From: Thermoplasmata archaeon
Lineage (GTDB): Archaea > Thermoplasmatota > Thermoplasmata > Thermoplasmatales > Thermoplasmataceae
Length of the DNA stretch: 64,000 nt
Assembly: GCA_049965275.1 (NCBI GenBank)
Contig: JBMFWM010000001.1
Location: 2,752 to 66,751, forward strand
Direction: 5' to 3'
Within the stretch, counting starts at the first letter, position 1. Each line of letters begins with the position of its first letter. Made by a program: the position numbers and the translations under genes. Under the pieces are notes generated by a model. The model was not told where the DNA came from. It made no database searches and was given only the letters and a program-made list of their open reading frames with translations. This document shows positions 29,743 through 40,077 of this stretch, piece by piece.

Positions 29743-30215
29743 AGCTGTTCCTGGCTTCCTGCCGTGGCATATTCGGCTAATGGCGCTGCGTTAAGAGAAA
29801 GAAAGCTGTGTCCCCAATTAAACTTTGACATGACTTGTTCCGCAAGTTCTGTGTAACCTGTAATGTAAAGCGCTGCGCAAACGGCCTCTGCTGATGAAAG
29901 TATATTCGGTTTACCATAGTTAACCGGGTTTGCAGCAAGTAGCATCGGAAGCTTCCTCTGCCTCCTGTAAACCCCTCTTTCCAGCCTCCCGGGGTTGCTC
30001 CAGGATCCATCAAGGGCGCACAGTCCACATCGCTCTACTGCGGCCTTGTCAGATTTGAGAATATAGAGGTCTGCGAACGGGTTCAGGACAACAGAGCATC
30101 CAATCCTGCTTTCTGGTATCTGTCCTGCAAGACCAAGTCTCTGGAGCTTCTTCATGGTCGATTTCTTCGGGTCGTCCTCGCCGTAGTATACAAACCTGAT
30201 AATCACTGATCGCAA
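29715..30215 (-). CDS. tsr3: 16S rRNA aminocarboxypropyltransferase Tsr3
   Basis: YYGEDDPKKSTMKKLQRLGL, LLAANPVNYG and NWGHSFLSLN match the Tsr3/DUF367 pattern as remembered from Sulfolobus and yeast Tsr3. Confidence 0.8.
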   Translation of the reverse strand: MRSVIIRFVYYGEDDPKKSTMKKLQRLGLAGQIPESRIGCSVVLNPFADLYILKSDKAAVERCGLCALDGSWSNPGRLERGVYRRQRKLPMLLAANPVNYGKPNILSSAEAVCAALYITGYTELAEQVMSKFNWGHSFLSLNAAPLAEYATAGSQEQLQAMMGSYF

Positions 30216-30271
30216 TCTTTTACCAGATATGATTTCGATTAATTTAATTAGCCTCTGAATGCTATCACAAG

Positions 30272-31885
30272 ATGCATTACATAGTTATCACGGGTGGAGT
30301 GATATCCGGGCTTGGAAAGGGAACTATTACTTCAAGCCTTTCCCACATTCTCTCCAATTCCGGACACAACGTTTCTGCTATGAAGATTGATCCGTACATA
30401 AATTACGATGCAGGCACGATGAATCCTTACCAGCACGGCGAGGTTTTCGTGCTTGAGGATGGCGGGGAAGTGGATCTGGATCTGGGAAACTACGAGCGCT
30501 TCCTGGACAGAAACCTTGTCACTGACAACAACATAACAACCGGAAAGATCTACAGCGAGGTAATTCGCAGGGAAAGGGAAGGGAAGTACCTTGGCAGCAC
30601 CGTCCAGATCATACCGCACATTACAAACGAGATAAAGAGGAGGATAAGGGGCTTAGCGCAATCTGACTCTGCCGAGATATTGCTTATTGAAGTCGGTGGG
30701 ACGGTCGGTGATATCGAATCCATGCCATTTCTTGAGGCACTCAGGGAACTCAACAGGGAGGAACCGAGGAATTCGGTTCTCTTCTGTCACGTTACACTCA
30801 TACCTGAAGTCGGGGCGAGCAGGGAACAGAAAACCAAGCCCACACAGCACAGCGTCAACGAGCTAAGGGGAATCGGTATCCAGCCAGATATCATATTTTG
30901 CAGGCTTAAGGGGCAGCTTTCAGACGAGTCAAAAAAGAAGATATCTCTCTTTACGGATGTCCCCGAAGCGGGAATAATAGGCGTACCGGATGCAAAGAGC
31001 CCATACTGGGTCCCAGAGATCATGAACAGGCAGGGTATCCTGCAGTATATCGAGGCATATTTCGGGATGAAACCATCGACCTTCGCGGATCCATGGAAGA
31101 AATACAAGGAGAATATAGACAAAGTCAAGGATAGCGTCAGGATCGCTGTGGTTGGTAAATACACGCATTTGCTTGATGCCTACATGAGCCACAAGGAGGC
31201 TTTCACCCATGTTACAGGAATAACTGGAATAGGAGTTGATCTGGTATGGTTGGATTCAGACAGCCTGAAAGAATCCACGAATGATCTTGAAGGCGTTGAT
31301 GGCATCCTCGTTCCGGGTGGTTTCGGCTACAGGGGTGTTGAGGGCAAAATTATCGCATGCAGGTATGCAAGAGAGCACCAGATACCATTCCTTGGAATCT
31401 GCCTTGGTTTCCAGGCTGCAGTTATTGAATATGCCAGAAACGTTCTTGGTATGCAGGGTGCAAACAGCACCGAGTTTGATCCGAACACCAAGTATCCTGT
31501 TATTGATCTTTTACCTGAGCAGGAAGGTGTATCTGAAATGGGCGGGACAATGAGGCTTGGCGCAAAAACCGTAATTGTCAGGGAGAATACGATTGCCTAC
31601 GATATATATGCGAGCGAACATATCTCTGAGAGGCACAGGCACCGGTATGAGGTGAACCCGGGATATATTGAAAAATTCGAAGAATCCGGTATGCACTTTT
31701 CAGGCGTGGACGATGCAGGCATACGTATGGAAATACTTGAATTGATGGGAAGGAAAAACTTTATTGCCACGCAATACCATAGTGAATTCAAATCCAGGCC
31801 CTTATTTCCATCACGTGTCCATAAATATTTGGTGGAAATGGCACTGGAGTACAGGAAGGGAAGATCGAATGAAAGAAGTTCTTAA
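30272..31885 (+). CDS. pyrG: CTP synthase
   Basis: [13 protein letters not shown]-terminus and the GATase domain GICLGFQ. Length is 537 aa. Confidence 0.95.
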   Translation: MHYIVITGGVISGLGKGTITSSLSHILSNSGHNVSAMKIDPYINYDAGTMNPYQHGEVFVLEDGGEVDLDLGNYERFLDRNLVTDNNITTGKIYSEVIRREREGKYLGSTVQIIPHITNEIKRRIRGLAQSDSAEILLIEVGGTVGDIESMPFLEALRELNREEPRNSVLFCHVTLIPEVGASREQKTKPTQHSVNELRGIGIQPDIIFCRLKGQLSDESKKKISLFTDVPEAGIIGVPDAKSPYWVPEIMNRQGILQYIEAYFGMKPSTFADPWKKYKENIDKVKDSVRIAVVGKYTHLLDAYMSHKEAFTHVTGITGIGVDLVWLDSDSLKESTNDLEGVDGILVPGGFGYRGVEGKIIACRYAREHQIPFLGICLGFQAAVIEYARNVLGMQGANSTEFDPNTKYPVIDLLPEQEGVSEMGGTMRLGAKTVIVRENTIAYDIYASEHISERHRHRYEVNPGYIEKFEESGMHFSGVDDAGIRMEILELMGRKNFIATQYHSEFKSRPLFPSRVHKYLVEMALEYRKGRSNERSS

Positions 31886-32198
31886 CAATCTTGCTGATAA
31901 GATAAACAAGAGGCTTGCAACCGACGAGAAGTTCAAGAAGAAGCTTTCAGGCGTAAAGAAGACATTCTGCATCGACTTTGACGGGAAAGACTTCTACAAC
32001 TTCTCCCTTGAAAACGGTTCGGTTTCAGAAATAATGGACGGAAAGAAGGATGCTGATATATACATAGAGGTATCGTCAGATCTCTTCAACAAGCTTCTCA
32101 GCGGAGAGGAGGATGCAATGTCTGCCTATTTTGAGAAGAAGATCAAGATAAAGGCATCACTGATGGATAAGCTTCTCATTAGCGACCTGCTGAAATGA
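31869..32198 (+). CDS. SCP2 (sterol-carrier-like) domain protein
   Basis: [18 protein letters not shown]...[42 protein letters not shown] is a typical SCP2 fold pattern. The ATG at 31869 is chosen because the ORF-track start at 31764 would overlap pyrG by 122 nt. Confidence 0.7.
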   Translation: MKEVLNNLADKINKRLATDEKFKKKLSGVKKTFCIDFDGKDFYNFSLENGSVSEIMDGKKDADIYIEVSSDLFNKLLSGEEDAMSAYFEKKIKIKASLMDKLLISDLLK

Positions 32199-35100
32199 TT
32201 CCAGACATCAGGGCGTACTCAGCCAGGTTAGAAAACGAGGTTCGCGCATCCTATGAGCTTGCCAAGAGGGCGAGATCTAAAGGCTTCGACGTCACAGACA
32301 GGGTGGAAATACCTCTTGCAACAGACATGGCAGAGAGGATAGAAGCGCTAATACAGATAGAAGGACTCGCAGAAATGATCCGCGAAAGCTCCAAGACTAT
32401 GTCCAGGGAGGAATCTTCTATCTGGGTCGCCAGGCAGGTTGCGAAGAATTTTCTTCCGCAGGGAAAGAAGATAGCGCTCGACAAGGCAGTTCGGGTCGGG
32501 CTTGCGATTCTGACCGAAGGCATACTCGTTGCTCCGCTCGAAGGTATAGCGGATGTGAGCGTACTTCCGAACGATGACGGCACAGATTTTGCATCCATTG
32601 TTTACTCCGGCCCCATAAGAGGCGCCGGTGGAACCGCGCAGGCAATGAGCGTTCTCATAGCTGATGTGGTTAGGAGGGACCTGGGAATTGGATCTTTCAC
32701 TGCCACCGAGGATGAAATACAGCGCTATACCGAGGAGATCGATCACTACAACCGGATAAAGCATCTTCAGTATCTTCCGTCTCCGGATGAGATACGGCTT
32801 GTTGTCTCAAGATCTCCTGTGATGATAGATGGCGAAGGAAGCGAGGAAGAGGAGGTTTCCGGTCACAGGAATATGACAAGGATAAAGAGCAACAGGATTC
32901 GCGGCGGTATGTGCCTCGTAATCTCTGAAGGCCTGATACAGAAATCAAAGAAGATACTGAAGCACACCAGCGCTCTTTCGCTTCATGAATGGGACTTCCT
33001 GTCAATGATAAGCGGACAGAAGAGCGATGATTCCGGCGAATCCACGCAGAAGTCTGAAAAATTCCTTAAAGATATAATTGCTGGGAGACCGGTTTTTTCC
33101 CACCCATCCAGGCCTGGTGGATTCCGGCTTCGTTATGGAAGGTCCCGGACATCCGGGCTTGCGGCAGCATCGATCAATCCAGCGTCAATGATCATACTTG
33201 GCGGTTTTATCGCAATCGGATCACAAATCAAGGTCGAGCTTCCGGGAAAAGCTGCAGCCATAACTTCCTGCGACAGCATAGAGGGACCAATGGTTCTTCT
33301 CGACGACGGGCGGCATATAAGGGTTAACACAATCAAGGATGCTAACGATGTTCTGGATCACATTGTTCAGATCACCGATGTTGGCGAAATATTGATCTCA
33401 TACGGCGACTTCGCCGAGAACAACCACAAGCTTGAAAAACCATCATTCACGTCTGAGTGGTGGGATATTCTTGCAAGGAAGATACCGGGTGCTCACATAG
33501 ATTCTGATAAGATTACATGCGAGGATGCTTTCGAGATTTCCAGAAAGCTTGGCATTCCGCTCCATCCGAAATTCCTCTATTTCTGGCATGATATAACGAA
33601 CGACGAACTCAAGTTTCTGGTAGACGAAACGGCTTCCGGCCTGTCCGCTAATCATATCAGTTATAGAAAGACAGACAGCATTGTTGACATACTGATCAAG
33701 CTAGGGGTGCCATTCAGCACTGAGACCGGCAAACAAATATCTCCGCATGATCCTGAAGTCATAATTCGGACACTTGGTCTGGATAGATACCAGAAAGAAG
33801 AGATCTTTTCAAAGATAGATGAAGGAAAAACTGTAGTGGAGAACCTCAGCATGCTTTCTGGTGTGATGATCATGGAAAGGTCTCCAACCAGAATCGGTGC
33901 CAGGATGGGCAGGCCAGAGAAATCCGGCGATCGCAAGATGAAGCCCAAGGTCCACGTACTCTTCCCCGTGGAATCATACGGTGATAACCGACGATCCATA
34001 ATAATGGCCGAGGACCGGGCTTCTGAAGGCTATGAGAGCGAAGTCGCATCAAGGAAATGTCCGAAGTGCGGAAACATAACTCCGGTTCCAATATGCGAAG
34101 AATGCGGCCAGCCCACCATATTCGCTGAATCGAAGAAGATGAACCAGATAAACCTGCAGAGACTTGTATCGGCAGCCGAGAACAACATCAAGGTCAGTCT
34201 CTCAGACATAAAGGAATTCAAGGGCGTGAAGAAACTCATGTCCGATATGAAGGCATGCGAACCGCTCGAAAAGGGAATGCTCAGGTCCCTGCATGATGTT
34301 TCGATCAACAAGGACGGAACATGCAGGTATGACATGTCAGATATACCGCTCACCCACTTCAAGCCGGAAGAGATAGGAACCTCCATTCAGAGGCTGCATG
34401 AACTCGGCTACGAAGGAGATGAAGAATTCGAGCTGTTTCCGCAGGATGTCATAATACCGGCAGATGCAGCCAGATACATGCTTCATGTGTCACAATTCAT
34501 CGATCAGCTCCTTGTATCATATTACAGGATGGAACCTTACTATTCATGCACCAAGCCAGAAGATCTTATCGGGCAGCTGATCATTGGGCTAGCACCACAT
34601 ACAAGCGGCGGAATCGTCGGCAGGATTATCGGCATCTCACACGTATCAGGATGTTACGCTCACCCACTCTTCCATGCGGCAAAAAGGAGGAACTGCGATG
34701 GTGATGAGGATAGCATAATGCTTTTGCTTGACGGTCTGCTCAACTTCTCAAGATGGTTCCTGCCATCGACACGTGGCGGGCTAATGGACGCTCCTCTGGT
34801 ACTTACGCTTCACCTGAAGGCGGACGAGGTGGACAAGGAGGCAATGAACCTTGACACACTGTCTGAGTATCCCGAGGAATTCTATGAGGCAGCAAGAGAG
34901 GAGAAGATGCCTTCAACCATAGAGGGAATAATGGTTTCCCTCAAAAAGCACGAATCACTGAATGGTACCGTCATGGGGATCGGCTACACACATCACACCA
35001 GAGACATAAATGAGGGAGTCACTGTATCTGCATACAAAACAATCGGTTCAATGCAGGAGAAGATAGAAAAGCAGCTCGGCCTTGCAGAGATAATAAGGGC

Positions 35101-35452
35101 AGTTGACCAGAATGACGTTGCAGCCAGGGTTCTTAACTCGCATTTCCTTCCTGACATCTACGGGAACTTCAGGGCTTTCTTCTCTCAGGAGTTTAGGTGC
35201 ACAAAATGCAATACAAAGTACCGCAGAATTCCTCTTTCCGGAAAATGCAGGAAGTGCGGAAATACAAGCATAAATCTGACGATTCACAAAGCATCGATAG
35301 TCAAGTATCTTGAAGAGACTATCCACGTGTCAAACAAGTACGACATGCCTGACTATTTGAAGGCAAGGATAGCGAATCTTGCAAGAACTATAACAGGAAC
35401 ATTTGCGGAAGACAAAGAAGATACGCTAGAAACGTATGAGGATGCATCATGA
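32195..35452 (+). CDS. polC: DNA polymerase II (PolD) large subunit DP2
   Basis: 1085 aa with Zn-finger clusters (CPKCGNx6CEECG; CTKCNx12CRKCG) and conserved DP2 blocks (GLAPHTSGGIVGRIIG, NCDGDEDS). Confidence 0.95.
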   Translation: MIPDIRAYSARLENEVRASYELAKRARSKGFDVTDRVEIPLATDMAERIEALIQIEGLAEMIRESSKTMSREESSIWVARQVAKNFLPQGKKIALDKAVRVGLAILTEGILVAPLEGIADVSVLPNDDGTDFASIVYSGPIRGAGGTAQAMSVLIADVVRRDLGIGSFTATEDEIQRYTEEIDHYNRIKHLQYLPSPDEIRLVVSRSPVMIDGEGSEEEEVSGHRNMTRIKSNRIRGGMCLVISEGLIQKSKKILKHTSALSLHEWDFLSMISGQKSDDSGESTQKSEKFLKDIIAGRPVFSHPSRPGGFRLRYGRSRTSGLAAASINPASMIILGGFIAIGSQIKVELPGKAAAITSCDSIEGPMVLLDDGRHIRVNTIKDANDVLDHIVQITDVGEILISYGDFAENNHKLEKPSFTSEWWDILARKIPGAHIDSDKITCEDAFEISRKLGIPLHPKFLYFWHDITNDELKFLVDETASGLSANHISYRKTDSIVDILIKLGVPFSTETGKQISPHDPEVIIRTLGLDRYQKEEIFSKIDEGKTVVENLSMLSGVMIMERSPTRIGARMGRPEKSGDRKMKPKVHVLFPVESYGDNRRSIIMAEDRASEGYESEVASRKCPKCGNITPVPICEECGQPTIFAESKKMNQINLQRLVSAAENNIKVSLSDIKEFKGVKKLMSDMKACEPLEKGMLRSLHDVSINKDGTCRYDMSDIPLTHFKPEEIGTSIQRLHELGYEGDEEFELFPQDVIIPADAARYMLHVSQFIDQLLVSYYRMEPYYSCTKPEDLIGQLIIGLAPHTSGGIVGRIIGISHVSGCYAHPLFHAAKRRNCDGDEDSIMLLLDGLLNFSRWFLPSTRGGLMDAPLVLTLHLKADEVDKEAMNLDTLSEYPEEFYEAAREEKMPSTIEGIMVSLKKHESLNGTVMGIGYTHHTRDINEGVTVSAYKTIGSMQEKIEKQLGLAEIIRAVDQNDVAARVLNSHFLPDIYGNFRAFFSQEFRCTKCNTKYRRIPLSGKCRKCGNTSINLTIHKASIVKYLEETIHVSNKYDMPDYLKARIANLARTITGTFAEDKEDTLETYEDAS

Positions 35453-36228
35453 TTGGATCCATTTATGCAGTGGGTGCTGCAGGCACAGGCAAGTCAACAT
35501 TTTCGGCATCGCTGAAAGAGTGGATGATTGCGCAGGGCTTCGATACTGCGGTTGCAAACCTCGATCCTGGCGCTGAGTATCTGCCGTATGATGCAGATTT
35601 TGACATCAGGGACATGATATCGCTGAGCGAGGTAATGTCCGAATATTCACTCGGGCCTAATGGAGCCCAGATAGTTGCCGCTGACCTGCTACTGGAAAAC
35701 TTCCAGGTTATGCTCAAGCCGCTTGAGGAATTTGACGACTATTATGTCATATTCGACACTCCCGGCCAGATAGAACTCTTTGCGTTCAGGCAAGCGGCTC
35801 CTCAATTAGTGGATTCACTGAGCGGTTCAAGGGCAACAATTGCATTCGTATCCGATGCAGTACTTGCTTCTACACCATCGGGCTTTGTTTCCCAGAAGCT
35901 TTTGTATGGAGCCGTGGTTTCGAGGTTTTTCAAGCCTTCCATGAACGTCATGAACAAGAGCGATCTGATTTCAGATAAGGAGATGGACACGATAAAGGAA
36001 TGGGAGGAAGACACCGATAAGCTGCTCGAAGCATACATGGATGAGAAGCAGAAGACAGACAAGAGTTACTTCGCAGGGATTATACGGGCATTCAGCGAAA
36101 TTAATGTCGCCGGCAAGGTAATTCCAGTATCTTCCAGGGATCTCCTTGGCTTTGAGGACGTCTATTCAAGCATGTCTATGAGCTTCACCGGTGGAGAAGA
36201 TACTGACACTTCGTTGAAAGACGACTGA
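35449..36228 (+). CDS. GPN-loop GTPase
   Basis: P-loop VGAAGTGKST and the GPN motif (SLGPNGA). The start overlaps the PolD stop (ATGA). Confidence 0.85.
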   Translation: MIGSIYAVGAAGTGKSTFSASLKEWMIAQGFDTAVANLDPGAEYLPYDADFDIRDMISLSEVMSEYSLGPNGAQIVAADLLLENFQVMLKPLEEFDDYYVIFDTPGQIELFAFRQAAPQLVDSLSGSRATIAFVSDAVLASTPSGFVSQKLLYGAVVSRFFKPSMNVMNKSDLISDKEMDTIKEWEEDTDKLLEAYMDEKQKTDKSYFAGIIRAFSEINVAGKVIPVSSRDLLGFEDVYSSMSMSFTGGEDTDTSLKDD

Positions 36229-36541
36229 TATACGACATTAGCATAGGGTGGGTACTAGTTGTGAATACAAAAGCCTCTACTTTGCCGAATCTTATTACTA
36301 TAGAATATTTGCATGCATTAGTCAATTGAGGCAAATTCCGTTGATTATACAAGCTTTCATTTGCCAGTAAACGAAAAGGTATATTTCGCTTTAAAAATAT
36401 ATATTCTGTAAATCTTAAAAAAATAAGTCGTTCATGTGTTTCCTAAAACTTTCGAAAGTCACTTAATAACAGATCACATTTCTGCGGTTTATTTTTGGTG
36501 GGCTACGAAAGTTATATACCCTCGACACCATAGAGTCAAAA

Positions 36542-36754
36542 ATGCCACAAAAGCGTCATTGTCTGATCTGTGGTGGTCTTATTTTTTCCGGCCTATACTG
36601 TTCCTCCTGCTTCGTTGAAATGCGTCGCATAAGGACAAAGGACGAACCCAGTTTTGACGAGTGGCTCTCATTGGCCAGAGGAAACAGGCCGATCTTGAAG
36701 CAAATGCCATCAGAGGATAAGGATCTATATATTTTTGATTCTACACCGAAATAA
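36542..36754 (+). CDS. Small zinc-ribbon protein
   Basis: CLICGG...CSSC motifs in 70 aa, preceded by a 313-bp AT-rich spacer. Confidence 0.4.
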   Translation: MPQKRHCLICGGLIFSGLYCSSCFVEMRRIRTKDEPSFDEWLSLARGNRPILKQMPSEDKDLYIFDSTPK

Positions 36755-36800
36755 AGGATAAAAATTATTAATTAAGTCCTAATTTCAAAGCGGTGAAAAA

Positions 36801-37415
36801 ATGACAGATAAGTGGAATGCAAAAGACAACGTAAAGCCGAAGGATCTGGAAGGTATATCCAATCAGCAGATCGATTACCATTTTGAGACACATTACAAAG
36901 GATATGTCAACAAGCTGAACGAAATCTGGGAGAAACTGCCTAATGCAGACAGATCAAAGGCCAACCAGAATTATAGCGAATTCCGTGAGCTCAAGAACGA
37001 GGAGACTTTCAACTACGACGGAGCTCTGCTGCATGAATACTACTTTCAAGCACTCCACAAGGCAGAATCCAGTGTGCCGGAATCCGTGAAGAAGGAATTA
37101 GAGGCTTCATTCGGCAGTTATGAGAAATGGGTGGAAGACTTCAAGGCAACCGGAGTAGCATTCAGGGGCTGGTCACTTTTAGTTTTCGATCTAAACACAG
37201 GAAAGCTCAGGAACATCGGAACAGATGCGCACAACAACAATGGAATCTGGAACGCAGTCCTGATACTTGCTCTTGACGTCTACGAGCATGCTTACTACAC
37301 AGACTACGGTCCTAAGAGGGCGCCATACCTTGATGCATTCATGAAGAACGTTTCCTGGAAGCATGTCGAGGGAAGACTGAACAAAGCGAAGAAGATGTAC
37401 GAAATTTTTAAATAA
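36801..37415 (+). CDS. sod: Fe/Mn superoxide dismutase
   Basis: HFETHYKGYV and ALDVYEHAYY (DxWEHAYY-type) metal ligand motifs. Confidence 0.95.
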   Translation: MTDKWNAKDNVKPKDLEGISNQQIDYHFETHYKGYVNKLNEIWEKLPNADRSKANQNYSEFRELKNEETFNYDGALLHEYYFQALHKAESSVPESVKKELEASFGSYEKWVEDFKATGVAFRGWSLLVFDLNTGKLRNIGTDAHNNNGIWNAVLILALDVYEHAYYTDYGPKRAPYLDAFMKNVSWKHVEGRLNKAKKMYEIFK

Positions 37416-37421
37416 TATTTT

Positions 37422-38042
37422 ATGGACTTTATAGACCAGGTCCTGTCTCTGCGTATGTCAGAAACCTCTCTAGAGGTTCTTGAGAAGCGTGAAGAGTTCA
37501 TACGCATTGGCAAGTCTGGTCCAGAAGATCTTTTTTCCGAATTATGTTTCTGCATCCTTGCCGCGAACACGTCCGCTGAGATGGGACTCAGGGTCCAGAA
37601 GGTTATCGGTTCCCGGCGGTTTCTTAACCTCCCACAGGAAGAGCTTAGTTCTCTCCTAAAGAGAGTGAAATACCGGTTTTACAACGTAAGAAGCAAGTTC
37701 ATCGTCAATGCACGATGGATAGCTCCGGAACTACCTGAACTCGTGGCATCGAGCGACAGGGAAGGCGCCAGGGAATATCTTGTTTCCAACGTGGATGGAA
37801 TAGGCTACAAGGAGGCATCCCACTTTCTTCGTAATGTCGGCATATTTGATTTCGCCATTCTTGACAAGCATGTTCAGGCTATGCTTCTCCCGGGACTGAA
37901 TGAAAAAATTGGGGCGCTCTCTCAAAAGAGATATCTTGAACTCGAGGGCGTTTTCAAAAAAATATCTGAAAGGTTTGAGCTTGAACCTGGGATCATGGAT
38001 CTCTACATGTGGAAAATTGCAACTGGAAGGATCATAAAGTAA
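37422..38042 (+). CDS. ogg: 8-oxoguanine DNA glycosylase/AP lyase (archaeal Ogg2 type, HhH-GPD)
   Basis: FCILAANTSA and HhH motif VDGIGYKEASHFLRNVG followed by ILDKH. Confidence 0.8.
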   Translation: MDFIDQVLSLRMSETSLEVLEKREEFIRIGKSGPEDLFSELCFCILAANTSAEMGLRVQKVIGSRRFLNLPQEELSSLLKRVKYRFYNVRSKFIVNARWIAPELPELVASSDREGAREYLVSNVDGIGYKEASHFLRNVGIFDFAILDKHVQAMLLPGLNEKIGALSQKRYLELEGVFKKISERFELEPGIMDLYMWKIATGRIIK

Positions 38043-39440
38043 ATGACAATCACAGTCCTGGATTCCAGGATTCTTGATCTTAATTACAGGTATTACTACG
38101 GGAGTCTAGATCCGATCGTCCGTAACGCCGGCATAGCCGTTGCTGAAGAGATAGAAAAGCTGACGCCTGCAGGCGCAAACATCCTTATGATCTGTGGGAC
38201 AGGAAATAAGGCCGGTGACGCTATAAATGCTGCATCCATTCTTCGAGACAAGCGCAACCTGAAATTTATTTTTCCCAGAGGAGTGGATCATATCAAGTCT
38301 GATAAGATACGCTCTATCTTTGAATCATTGAAAATTGATCCTCTACCGCCAGAACGTATTGACGAAGCAATAAAAGGATCTGATCTGCTGGTTGACGCAC
38401 TTCTCGGAACCGGCATCAAGGGAAAACCATCTGCTGATTATGCCAGGATCATATCGATCATGAATGGATCCGGAAAACCTATCCTGTCAATCGATATGCC
38501 GAGCGGGTTTGGCACAGAAGTGCATATTTCGCCCAAAGTTACGGTTACAATGCATAGCGCCAAGGAAGGAATGACCAGAGGAAATTCCGGTACTATAGCG
38601 GTAAAGGATATTGGAATACCAGAAGATCTGGTTAACACATCCGGACCGGGTTATTTTCTGTCATATCCACTCCCGGATTTTGCGTCTCACAAAGGCATGA
38701 ACGGAAAACTCGGAATATTCGCTGGGGCCAGATATCCCGGAGCTGCCATCGTTGCATCACTTGGCGCCGAAAAAATAGGTCTTGACTTGATACATATCTA
38801 CACGGATACAGCATTCCGGGACCTGGTGCAGGGATACTCTCCTTTCCTTATTACTGTTCCATCCAGCGATCTAAGCAGATCAGAGGAGAATGATTCGCTG
38901 CTCATCGGGCCGGGAAACGGCCTGAATGAAGAAAATGATGAGATAATGTCTAAGCTCCTGTCTCTGGACAAGCCAACCCTGCTGGATGCAGATGGCATAA
39001 AAACTCTTAACAGGTGCAAGTACACGCGAAAGAGACCGATCGTAGTCACCCCGCACAGAAAGGAGTTTGAGATACTGACGGGAATGGAAGCCACGGAGGA
39101 TAATGCATACTCTTACGCAAAAAAAACAGGAAATGTGGTTCTCCTGAAGGGGAAGGTTGACATCATCACTGATGGCAAACGGATAATCCACTCGCCAGGC
39201 GGAAATGCGAGGATGACAATGGGAGGAACAGGCGACCTTCTCGCCGGTATCGTCGCCGCCCTGCTTGCCAAGGGGATTGATGAACTGCATGCAAGCGCTC
39301 TTGGATCCTTCATAAACAAGAAGGTTGGGGAGACGGCATTTTTGAGGCATAGTTACTGGTTTGGAATAATGGACATGGTTAACCTTATACCAGAAACCAT
39401 GACCTGGATGTACAATTTTTGTTATGAAACGAGGGATTAA
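38043..39440 (+). CDS. nnr: Bifunctional NAD(P)H-hydrate repair enzyme Nnr (epimerase + ADP-dependent dehydratase)
   Basis: YjeF_N motif CGTGNKAGDA and C-terminal kinase-like GGTGDLLAGIVAA. Confidence 0.9.
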   Translation: MTITVLDSRILDLNYRYYYGSLDPIVRNAGIAVAEEIEKLTPAGANILMICGTGNKAGDAINAASILRDKRNLKFIFPRGVDHIKSDKIRSIFESLKIDPLPPERIDEAIKGSDLLVDALLGTGIKGKPSADYARIISIMNGSGKPILSIDMPSGFGTEVHISPKVTVTMHSAKEGMTRGNSGTIAVKDIGIPEDLVNTSGPGYFLSYPLPDFASHKGMNGKLGIFAGARYPGAAIVASLGAEKIGLDLIHIYTDTAFRDLVQGYSPFLITVPSSDLSRSEENDSLLIGPGNGLNEENDEIMSKLLSLDKPTLLDADGIKTLNRCKYTRKRPIVVTPHRKEFEILTGMEATEDNAYSYAKKTGNVVLLKGKVDIITDGKRIIHSPGGNARMTMGGTGDLLAGIVAALLAKGIDELHASALGSFINKKVGETAFLRHSYWFGIMDMVNLIPETMTWMYNFCYETRD

Positions 39441-39961
39441 TGCCACCCCATTCAATAGACGAAAAGTTTGTATTAGATACGAGTGCGATACTTTCCAGGA
39501 AATATGATCTTTCATCTTCGCGCTTCTATGTCACAAACTCGATACTGAAAGAGATAGAAAAGGGAAAAATTTCTAGGTATCTCGAGATGGCAGAATCATC
39601 CCTGAATATTATCAATCCTGACGCTGATTCAATTGCCAAAGTAAAGAACGCAGCACAGGAAACAGGCGATATCAACAGATTGAGTCCTACCGACATAGAG
39701 GCTGTGGCACTTGCCTTGCAGATTGGTGCAACCCTCATCACCGATGATTATTCAATGCAGAATGTTTCAAACGTGTTAGGTATCAAAGCCATCAGCGCCT
39801 CCATCAGGGAAATCGGAAAAGTTATACAATGGGTATATAGATGCACAGGTTGCGGCAGAATTTACGAAGAAAATATCGGAACTTGCAGGATTTGTGGTCA
39901 TTCATTGAGGAACTATCCTCGAAAGATAAAAAAGATCCCGGAGAATGAGGAGAAGTCATAG
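39440..39961 (+). CDS. nob1: Endonuclease Nob1 (PIN domain + zinc ribbon)
   Basis: FVLDTSAIL PIN N-terminus, TDDYSMQNV, and C-terminal CTGCGx12CRICG ribbon. Confidence 0.8.
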   Translation: MPPHSIDEKFVLDTSAILSRKYDLSSSRFYVTNSILKEIEKGKISRYLEMAESSLNIINPDADSIAKVKNAAQETGDINRLSPTDIEAVALALQIGATLITDDYSMQNVSNVLGIKAISASIREIGKVIQWVYRCTGCGRIYEENIGTCRICGHSLRNYPRKIKKIPENEEKS

Positions 39962-40077
39962 CATATAGACTGAACAGTACTATCAATTATTGCGTGCAGA
40001 AGAAAAACGAGAAATGTTTTTCAGTTCACAAAGATCGAGTTGGAAAAGGAATTATGCCATAAAGCACTTGCAATAAT

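Noticed and set aside
31764-31868. Upstream extension of the SCP2 ORF (ORF-track start 31764)
   Set aside because: It would overlap the pyrG coding sequence by 122 nt, and the extension ([17 protein letters not shown]...) has no SCP2 character. The ATG at 31869 gives a normal-length SCP2 domain.
32195-35452. Possible intein in PolD DP2 (also considered for ValRS and RtcB)
   Set aside because: Protein lengths are normal for intein-free versions, and the conserved blocks are contiguous. I saw no intein splicing blocks or homing-endonuclease LAGLIDADG motifs.
36229-36541. 313-bp AT-rich spacer downstream of the PolD/GPN operon, as a possible replication origin
   Set aside because: I could find no repeated ORB-like elements. 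There is no adjacent orc1/cdc6 gene and no obvious duplex-unwinding element flanked by inverted repeats. It is more likely a promoter region for the small zinc-ribbon gene and sod.
38880-39515. 211-aa minus-strand ORF. Similar long antisense ORFs occur at 19262..19813, 27648..28058, 32348..32764, 47344..47844 and 23586..24050.
   Set aside because: Each lies entirely opposite a gene with strong, motif-supported identity (Nnr, AroB, DUF1611, PolD, CBS regulator, ValRS). None has recognisable motifs. They are typical shadow frames.
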